From contig OZ024741.1 in NCBI GenBank assembly GCA_964016885.1, positions 99,076,001-99,140,000 on the forward strand: a stretch of DNA of 64,000 nt, read 5' to 3'. Shown piece after piece: positions 54,083-64,000 of this stretch (its first letter is position 1; every line of letters begins with the position of its first letter). A program made the translations under genes and the position numbers. Under the pieces are notes generated by a model. It saw only the letters and a list, made by a program, of their open reading frames with translations. It did not search any database and was not told the origin of the DNA. Source of the DNA: Eledone cirrhosa. Lineage: Eukaryota.

Positions 54083-55586
54083 CGCACACACACACAAACA
54101 CACATAAAGTAGAGAAATCGCAACAATATCAATAACAACAAGAACGATAATCTGACTACTTGATCTTGTAATATTGTGACCCCGGACACCGGATATTATC
54201 AGAAATTGTATGAAGAGGATTAAAGCCTTAGTAACAAAAATCTTTGCTGTAAATTATATGCACAATGAAGTTGTTTAGCCCTAAGTCAGCCTTTAATATG
54301 CGGACATTATAATCCAACAGTGACTTTTCTCTGTTTCCTTCAGACATATAATGTCTAAGATATATTTTATCCAGACATAGTATATCTATCTAGATAGCTA
54401 GTCTGTTCTTTCTTTCATTAATTCGGCAGTGTGTGGTTTGAGTGCGATTTAGCTGCTATTTCTAGCAGATTGAATTGTCACACTTTAGGTGGCTGAAGAT
54501 GTTTTGTATAATTATTGACGAGTATTTTGCTAACGCGCAGGGATGAACTTGGAAACCTTACAGTGAAAAATATCAGTGGCGATAAAATGAGGTGTTAAAA
54601 CGGAAGAGCACGAAAGGATGAAACTTTTGAGTGTCAGTATACTCAAGTGTGTTGTGTGAGATTTATTATTCATCAAATCAGTCAAAACTCATTTTAGCTG
54701 TCATTCATAATGACAAATACATTGAGGATAAAAGCTAGCCTAGTAGCATCTGAGGGTCATCTTAATACACCTCATCAGTGATAAAACTATATCAAGACAG
54801 TAACAACTATTCACATTCTGAATAGTTTTCGATCAATTAAAAACAAATAAATGGTCTTATAACTCTTTTATTATATTTCTACTGAAATACACTGCCTGTA
54901 ATTTTCAAATCATTTTATAAATGTTCAAGAATTTGAAAGGATAACTAACATAACTAACTTTCTCATTGTTAGCTGGTGTTTGGAACAGGACAAAAGTCCT
55001 TTTATATACAAAGCGATAAAAGGTTTTCAAATAAATATAAACACTTTAAAAGAAATAGTTTTGTACCATAAAACCAAAGGTGGATTCAGGCAGTTTAATA
55101 TAAATATGGTTTTGAAATCCGAAACGATATGATATAGGGACATTTATTCTTTTATTCTTTTATTATTCTACTGGTTTCGCACTTTAGTCTGCGGTCATGC
55201 TGGAGCACTATATTCAAGGGTTATAGTCAATTGTACTGACCCCTGTATTTATTTCAGTCTAGTATTTATTTTATAGAATTACTGAAGGTATACAACATAA
55301 ACAACGTTGGTTTTAGACCAATGTAAATATAAATACAGAGATGGCTACAGATACACACATACACACACATACATACACACATACACAGAGAGAGAGAGAT
55401 AGGAGGGGGGGGGCAGAGAAATAGGATTTAGCTTCAAGCATAGTTGTACACAGATATGTATAGTCATTTCGTATTTCTAAAGAAACACGGTATGTTTACA
55501 GGATAAACATTTAGGAAGCCGTGTTTATGCAAAAAACACCAAGGCTAACGTCCTCTGGTGGTGTCCAGCAGAAGCAGGGAGGATAA

Positions 55587-55628
55587 CCGTCAATGCATTT
55601 CAGGCTTGACTGGCCTTCATCAGGACGG
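55587..55628 (-). ncRNA. Minimal type I hammerhead-ribozyme-like motif (Penelope-type)
   Basis: CCGTC-CTGATGA-AGGC-CAGTCAA-GCCT-GAA-ATGCAT-T-GACGG: stem I, stem II and palindromic stem III. Confidence 0.65.
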
Positions 55629-55702
55629 TACCTCCCAATATATATATATGTATATATATTATATATATATGTGTGTGTATATATATACATATATATATAT
55701 GC

Positions 55703-55754
<52 letters not shown>

Positions 55755-55762
55755 ATATATAT

Positions 55763-55905
<143 letters not shown>

Positions 55906-56211
55906 GTTTTTGTTGTTGTTGGACCCGCAACCAGTTTGAAATTGGTTGAAGAACAATATCTCCAGGGGCTGCAAAAAGTTAGCTTTCTTATTGCCGAGGT
56001 GAGTTGTCCTCCATATACTAGTTGTATTCCTTATCGTGTCCCGTTGTAACGGGGTGTTGCCCTATCGAAGATTTCGCTGTCGTACGTTTCCATTTTGAAA
56101 TACGTATTTTTAATAAATATTATGTGCGTTTTGTGTGGTTACTAAATATTGTCTCTCAAAACATATGTGGCCCTTTCTCTCTCTCTCTATATATATATAA
56201 ATAGGGCGAGT

Positions 56212-56560
56212 AAAATTCCCGAGATCCATGGACGAGTTCTCTCCAGCGGTCTCTGTCCCTCATTATCGCTGCCATGTCCTGCGTCTCCAAATGACCAGCG
56301 TCTGTCCTTAGGGCATCAACATATGTTAACCTTGGTCTTCATCTTCCAGTGTGTCCATGTAGGGGCTCCCACAGGAGCACTGAGTGCAATGTTAACTCTG
56401 GATGTGGGTGAGCATGTCCAGCTAACCTCAGTCTCCTCTGTGTCACTTTTGAGCTGACTTTTGGGAGGCTCCCGTACAGCTCTGTGTTTTTCATCCTCAG
56501 TGTATACTGATCAATGTTCAGAGCCATCCTCAGCATTCTCGTGTAGCATCCACCATCTGG
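56212..56560 (-). mobile_element. RTE-type LINE 3' fragment
   Basis: DGGCYTRMLRMALNI...LYGSLPKVSSKVTQRRLRLAGH...VLLWEPLHGH. Confidence 0.75.
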
Positions 56561-56675
56561 TATATATATATATATATATATATGTAGGAGGTGAGTTTTA
56601 TTGTAGTACAATAAAGCAATGCAGATATCGTATAAGAAGCACTCTACAGTTTGTAGGACTGGAGTATACATAATA

Positions 56676-56878
56676 TATAAGAACAAAAGATGGTTAATTT
56701 AATATGATGGTTAATTTAATATGTTGATTTAAAACTGCACTATCCACAAGTGTTTTTTAACCTTCATATCATGTCTTTCTGTTTTATCTGATGAAAACAC
56801 AAATATTATTGCATGATGATATTTGTTTTTGAAATGCGCATAATAAAATACATGGAACTCTTTTAACCATCTTTTGTT

Positions 56879-56884
<6 letters not shown>
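56676..56884 (+). mobile_element. Short foldback element containing a hammerhead-like motif (56782-56848)
   Basis: 22-bp inverted ends TATAAGAACAAAAGATGGTTAA / TTAACCATCTTTTGTTCTTATA; internal TTTTAT-CTGATGA-stem-GAA-ATGCGCAT-A-ATAAAA. Confidence 0.65.
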
Positions 56885-56919
<35 letters not shown>

Positions 56920-56926
<7 letters not shown>

Positions 56927-57032
56927 TAACAGATTAAAGTTTAAGCAAAGAATCGCTGCTTTCACTCTTAGCGGGATCTTCTAAGGGTGAAAGCAGCGAT
57001 TCTTGGCTTAAACTTTAGTCTGTTATTTTAAT
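56920..57032. repeat. Near-perfect hairpin, ~50-bp arms
   Basis: TTAAAATAACAGATTAAAGTTTAAGC.AAGAATCGCTGCTTTCAC.CTTAG and its reverse complement. Confidence 0.85.
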
Positions 57033-57254
57033 AAATATTTACTCTACGGTTCTTATATATTTGATATATATTTATCCTTATCGAGCCCTCTTTGGATTTT
57101 AGTCTTCAAATTTATTACTATATATATATATAGTTGTTATATAGTAAGGTGCATTATTGGTTGTGTAAAATGGTCCAATAACTTTATGTTAGCAATATTA
57201 TGTTCACCGCGCGTTTGTATATCTCCAATTCCATTCAAGGGAACAGCGTATAGG

Positions 57255-57467
57255 TATCAAAATGAAAATCCGAAGGCAAGGTAAAATTCCAATCATTTAA
57301 TCCCGACACATGTTTCAATAAGAGATAGATCGATTGTGAAGACAATTCATTTTCACCTGATGAGATCAGTGATAATCGATCATGGCTTCATAATCGATCT
57401 ATCTCTTATTGAAACATGTGTCGTGACTAAATGATTGGAATTTTACCTTGCCTTCGGATTTTCATTT

Positions 57468-57472
<5 letters not shown>
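57255..57472. repeat. Foldback element, ~85-bp arms, Penelope-like
   Basis: Arms TATCAAAATGAAAATCCGAAGGCAAGG... inverted; internal TCAC-CTGATGA...GAAACATGTGTC-GTGA. Confidence 0.75.
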
Positions 57473-57503
<31 letters not shown>

Positions 57504-57603
57504 TTGAATTAATTATGCTCTGGACAAATGTCCATTGAGCTTTTCTGATGAGAATCACAAATATCCTACATCATACATATTATGTTCTGAAACCTTATAT
57601 TTG

Positions 57604-57625
<22 letters not shown>

Positions 57626-57634
<9 letters not shown>

Positions 57635-57964
57635 ATAATTTAACAATGAAAATAATAACAACAAAGTCGAGTTATTTTACCTATTCATATCATTGTTTTT
57701 TACGATCGTTTCGGAGGGTTGATCATATTAACATATTGTCTGATCTATAGCAGACCGTCTTCTTCGGAAACAATATTTCCCAAGAAGAAGGTCTGATCGA
57801 ACCTATATATGAGGTCTGATAGTGTACAGTTATATAACTGCTATAGATCAGACAATATGTCAATATGATCAACCCTCCGAAACGATCGTAAAAACAATGA
57901 TATGAATAGGTAAAATAACTGGACTTTGTTGTTTTTATTTTCATTGTTAAATTAATACCTTATA
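57626..57964. repeat. Foldback element, ~125-bp arms, Penelope-like
   Basis: Long inverted arms, each containing CCGAAACGATCGTAAAAA. Confidence 0.8.
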
Positions 57965-58699
57965 TCTGACTCTGTATCTAAGGAATTAACTCAGCAGAAC
58001 ACGGAACCTTTCTATGGATTTCACTGGATTACTCGCCCTCAGATTACATTGAGTTCTATCTATGATACGGACCCTACCAACAAGGGTAGACCACACTGAA
58101 ATACACAATAGTTTCGCAGTCTGATATGATGAGTGGGAAAAGATGTGGCTAGCCTCACAATTTAATGTCGTTCCTTTTCGTTATTTCGCAAACCAACACC
58201 TTCTAGATACAATTTTCCTCCCGCAGTTCGGTTTGGAAGTTTTAGTTGGACGTTGTTAGTACTGTGAACTTCGGGGAAGAAATGTGCTTCTTTGCCTCTG
58301 GTGTCTTCCGGGGGGAGGGGTGGAATACCCTCACCTGTTTTGCATGCCTTCTCTCTGGTGTTGGATTTTTAATTCTTTGAGATGGGTTTTCTTTTTTCTT
58401 TCCTACTCTTTGAACAGTCTCCGACAATTTACCAAAGTAAAATAACACAAACGAAAACAACTCACAACAAAAATTCGCCATCACCACCACAAAAAAATAC
58501 GAGAAGAAAAACAATATAAACCATTAAAATAGACCTAGCACATGTAAAACTAATAAAATAAATAATAAAACTAGCAAATGAAAGCCTCCAACACCTCCAG
58601 TATATGCTAAGTAACACTAACGAAAATACAAATAAAATGGAATATGAGAACTATCTAAGAATAGTAAGTTCTAAAGGTGGAACTCTTTAATATGACAGT

Positions 58700-58834
58700 A
58701 ATGTAAAAGAGGAGTTAATTAAACATTCTAGAAATAAAGATATCCAGAATGTAGGGATTGAAAATAGAATGATTCCCTGTAATAATAGGTGCCTTGGGAA
58801 TGTTTCAAAAAATGCAGACAAATACATAACAAAT

Positions 58835-58869
<35 letters not shown>

Positions 58870-59045
58870 TATAGATCATACGAAAATAACACTACGGCAC
58901 TACTAGGCACTGCACACACATTACGTAAAGTACTTTCAACAAAATACGAGAACAAAGTAAAAGATTGCACGTAAACCAGATGCACAGAGCTGTGCTCAGT
59001 CATGCAGTGAAAACACACAATGAAAATAAGACTACTGAAAAAAAT
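58700..59045 (+). mobile_element. R4-like retrotransposon extreme 3' fragment, split by (TA)n
   Basis: PVIIGALG...TALLGTAHTLRKVLS; 3' UTR similar to 49250-49320. Confidence 0.7.
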
Positions 59046-59164
59046 AATTATGAATCCTCATTATATGATTTCTAAAAAATCTACTATACCTTTGGGAAAG
59101 GTACGAGCGCCACAGTTCTTGTTTCCTCTCCCCTAGAATACATAGCCTCTATTATTATTATCAT

Positions 59165-59195
<31 letters not shown>

Positions 59196-60392
59196 AGCAG
59201 CAGTAGCAGCAGCATCATCATCATCATCATCAGCATCATCATTTGCAGAGATATTTAAGTTCACTCGCTTTGAAACGTTAATTGGAACCTGCATCTATTA
59301 ACTTAACATCCAGACACAGTGAAAAAGTATCACACTCTTGAGAGGAAATACTTCTCTAGCAAATGAAATTATATTCTGAAACTAAAACTTGTAATCACTT
59401 AAGTGACTGACAACAATTTTTTCCGAAAAAAAAAAATTATAACCGTTAAAATAAAGAAAAATTTAATTAGAAATATCTGCTAGTAAAATTGAAATTCTTG
59501 CGAAAGCAGCAAAGGAAACATGAGAAACATCGACCTAAAACCTAAAGTATTGCATTTCATTTTTCAGGCAAAAACTCCCCTCATCAGAACCGGGTATGAT
59601 AGTATCGAGCAGATGGCTTTCTACTGATTGGTATATGATACTCTACTGCTTAAGTTCTTATTCCTCTTCTTATTATAAATTATCCTGGGGCTCTGTCTGC
59701 CGCTGTGATCAGCACTTCTGGTACGAATGAACCTAACAAAACGCTCGTCAGCAATGCGACAAAGCAATTTTTCATGTAACCTAGAGGAACAAACAATCAA
59801 TTGAATCGACACCAATATAATTTTATGTTTTTATTTATGTTTGTATTTCATACCCAGATGTGGGTATGAAGACACGCTAAACGAACTCCAATATGATTTG
59901 AACTGCAGTACTACTAATGAAGATTTATGATTTAAGCACATAGCCAGCAATTTGGAGAGGAGTAAGTATTGACCCTAGTACTTAACTGATACTTTATTCT
60001 ATCGTCTCCGGTGGAATGAAAGTTGACCCAGGTGAGAGTTGAACTCAGAGCTCAGATGGAATAAATATAAAGTGAAATGCAAAGATATTACCGTAAAGAA
60101 CATTTTGTGCTACGTTTCTACCAATTGTGAATGGTCGACTTAATCTGTTTGACGCCACCACCGAACACTTTAGAGAAGTCCACTCTGTTGTAAGAATTTG
60201 GTCCCAAGTCCCTATAAAACAGAAAATCGCAATTTAAGGCAAAGTATTCAATGTATTCTCTTGAGTGAAAATATTTTTCCATTTTTTTCTTTTTTAGAAT
60301 TCGTCGATTTCAGACGAATGCTAAAAGAGAAGAAAACAAAACCAATTCTATAATTCATTACCATAATAAATGAAAATATTCTAATATATTGT

Positions 60393-60479
<87 letters not shown>

Positions 60480-60539
60480 ATAATTATGAGTGAAATTATG
60501 TTATAAGTCTAAATTGGTTATTCACTCTTAATTTACTAT

Positions 60540-60570
<31 letters not shown>

Positions 60571-60611
60571 CAACCCGCCCGTCCCCTCAATCTATCTTAT
60601 TTCTCACTCTT

Positions 60612-60648
60612 TCTTCTGGTGAAGGACTAGCAGTCCGAAACGTTAAGA
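60612..60648 (+). ncRNA. Minimal hammerhead-like motif with a core substitution
   Basis: TCTT-CTGGTGA-A-GGACT-AGC-AGTCC-GAA-ACGT-T-AAGA. Confidence 0.5.
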
Positions 60649-60732
60649 CCCTCTTCCTGCTATATCAAGCGTTAACCTAATATATCCCTTCATACTGTAT
60701 CGATTGTGTTGTTATTTCTATTTACCTTTCAT

Positions 60733-60787
<55 letters not shown>

Positions 60788-61236
60788 GCTTTTAAGGTAA
60801 ACATAAGGTAGATACAACTACCGCTTTCATAAACTCTGAAGTGTAAAACCGTTCAATTATAACTATATAAGTATGTATGTATGTGTTTACTTATCGTTTC
60901 AGATGAACGTACGGACTAATAACAAGGCATGAATCTTTAGATACACTCATACTTATGTGCGAATAGTTACACCTAGGGAGATAACATTCAGTTAGTTAAA
61001 TTACGCTTAGAATGTAGTAAGAAACGATAGTGAAAGCAATACATTGGTCTCCCATTTCTTTTAGCCCCGAGTCAACAACATCAAAGGATGATGCAATTAC
61101 ATATAATCAGAGGTAACAACAACGAAACAAAGATAATACAAAATATGTTTATAGAGATCAAAATAAACTATAAACAAGATGTTTTAGAGATAAAAATAAA
61201 CTATTTTTTTTATAAATGTGTACGTGCGTGTACCTA

Positions 61237-61388
<152 letters not shown>

Positions 61389-61740
61389 ACGTCTGCTCAA
61401 AGAAATTTGCAAATTCGTTTCGACTTAACCATGTAACCAAGATCAAATTTAACGAATACTGGCTTACAATGGTTTCTATTTTTTTTTTTTCGTGTGTGTA
61501 GGGGGATTAAAACTCCACTAATTGACTGCTTCTATATTTTAACGGTGCCGAAAAGATGATATGCAAAGTTGACTTTACAATGAGGGAAACATACTGCAAA
61601 GCATTTTTTTTTTCGACACTAACGATTACCATCAATCCTGTGTCATCGTTACCAATTCTTTCAATACAAGCGGACCGTGTATCTACATGGGTGTGTGTGT
61701 GTTTAAAAATGAGGTGTATGCGTCTAAGAGTATGTACATA

Positions 61741-61840
61741 CAGGGTGTCCCCAAAATATGTATACTCACTTCAACACCATTCTACTAAATGTTCTGTACA
61801 AGTAATCAAAGTGTGTATACCTTTTTTGAGGGACACCCTG
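61741..61840. mobile_element. Tc1/mariner-type MITE, 100 bp
   Basis: TA|CAGGGTGTCCC...GGGACACCCTG|TA; imperfect TIRs of ~30 bp. Confidence 0.8.
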
Positions 61841-62134
61841 TATATATATATATATATATATATATATGTTTGTGTGTGTGTGTCTAATGGTAGCTAAGAT
61901 GCTTTCATGGGCGGTATGCCGGTTGAGCACTCTATGCTCCTACGGAGCAGAGTATGATAGAATGAAAGAGGATATGCTCCGAAATCAATAGACGTGTCCG
62001 AGGAACCTGCGAGACCAGAGTCGGGTCGATCCACACGCAGATCGCACCTCGTGCTGTTCGCCGGGGAAACAATTGTAACACACAATAAATTAAGTTCCGA
62101 TGCATCACAGATTTTTCGTTTTCCATTCTATATA

Positions 62135-62296
<162 letters not shown>

Positions 62297-63451
62297 TGTG
62301 CGTGTGTGTGCGTGTGTGTGTGCTAATTTGTTTTGGCGTTATTTGTATGAGATGTTGCTGGCATATAATTTTACAATAGTTATGAGTCTTGGGGAGATGA
62401 GTGTTATGATATTTCCATGGCTTCTGAAATAAGTGGGAAGCAAGTGGGAAGTTATCCTCAGATCGGCGATCTGGTGCTAATGCTTGCAGCAAATTATACT
62501 CACACTAATGGACCCGAGGGCTTGGTTGCCGTGTTAAACCAGAGAACAGATTATGTTTACCACACAAACCGAAATGCTTCCACATAGTATCCATGTAACG
62601 AATTTCACTCACTCAGCTTTGCTTGATCCGGGGCTATGGTAGGAGATATTTGCTTAAGCTTATTATTGGTATCAATAATAAGGCTGAATACAACACCTGA
62701 GCGGAGCGTTCTTCAAGCTGAACAAGCAAATAATAGAGTCTCACATATGGAATATAATTTATTGAAAAAAATGCGATTATCTAAAAGTATCTATCCAATT
62801 AGAAGACGACAAAACCTCCCCCGAGAAAGTTTTTAAAATCTGAACCAATAAGCAAGAGAAATAATTCTAATAATTAAGCTCGTCCAATATATATATATAT
62901 TTTTTTAAATAAAGAACGTTCCCTGTATTGCTGATATTCATAATCAGAGTTACTGTATTCCCTATTTCTATATATACTGATCAGTCGAAAGTCTAACTGA
63001 GCTGAATATGCTTCACTGGTGAGTTCTCACAAGTTCGAAACACGCTTGCTATATTCACCAGTAAATTGAATGATACATGAATGATCCTAACTTCATTTAC
63101 TTTATTTTCTTAAAATTAAGATTAGCTGATGTTATTGGAATTATCTCTGTTGAATATTTAGACCTTAAACATCTCAGGAAGTTTTTTCTTCCAAATGAAG
63201 GGTGGAAATCAGTAAATCGAATTCTTACAACGCATTTTATTACTTTGGTGAGACTATTGTATGTGGAGTCAGCAGACAACTCACCTGGCGTATTTTCCCT
63301 CGGCGTTTATATATGTATATATATAAATACACACTTACTACTTACCTACGTTTATACAAACATTCATACACATAAACACACATACACACATATATATATA
63401 TATATATATACATATAAATATATATGTATATATACATATATATATATCATG

Positions 63452-63529
<78 letters not shown>

Positions 63530-63705
63530 AGATAAGCAGAACAAGTAAAATTCAACCAATTTTTCAAAATAAATCAAAATTAATATACAATTAAAATTAA
63601 TCAAAATTAAAAAATATAATATAAATATTTACCTATTCAAATGGCCCTAACTGTACAGTTTCACGTTGCAAAACATTAGATATCACGTGGATATTAATGG
63701 AAAAG

Positions 63706-63770
<65 letters not shown>

Positions 63771-63775
<5 letters not shown>

Positions 63776-63986
63776 AAAAGAGTCACGACCCCGACGGCTG
63801 AGCTCCGGCCGTTTCGACAGCTAGATCTGAACTAAGCCAGCAGTATTAGGGTCGATTGTGTGTTTACACATGGTGGGTATTATTCAAGTAGGGAACTGGA
63901 GCTTGATAGTATTGTCGGGATTTAGTTCGGATCTAGCTGTCGAAACGGCCGGAGCTCAGCCGTCGGGGTCCTGACTCTTTTCCTAT
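63771..63986. repeat. Foldback element, ~64-bp arms, adjoining (TA)n
   Basis: ATAGGAAAAGAGTCACGACCCCGACGGCTGAGCTCCGGCCGTTTCGACAGCTAGATC.GAACTAA and its reverse complement. Confidence 0.85.
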
Positions 63987-64000
63987 TACCCACTCTACTA

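Noticed and set aside
62985-63300. Possible further hammerhead (CTGGTGAG...CGAAAC) and adjacent 60-aa ORF
   Set aside because: Stems do not pair convincingly and the ORF has no motif I recognise

Overview
AT-rich, microsatellite-rich eukaryotic DNA with no recognisable host protein-coding exon. The SINE and LINE families resemble those I recall from octopod cephalopods (an inference). Bases 1-34.2 kb form a cluster of tRNA-Lys(UUU)-type genes, pseudogenes and relics, each full copy 92 nt with a 19-nt intron at the canonical 37/38 site. Its core is a nearly homogeneous tandem array (~3.96-26.1 kb, 1290-bp period, 17 tRNA copies). Each internal unit also carries two oppositely oriented tRNA-derived SINEs, and empty sites for both survive at the array edges. 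Older, diverged paralogues flank the array, along with a segmental duplication, a non-autonomous Helitron and two CRE-like retroelement fragments. Bases 34-64 kb are mostly decayed transposons: SINE clusters, a Tx1-type LINE, R4-like and RTE fragments, hAT and Tc1/mariner MITEs, long micro/minisatellites, and foldback elements carrying minimal hammerhead-ribozyme-like motifs of the Penelope type.
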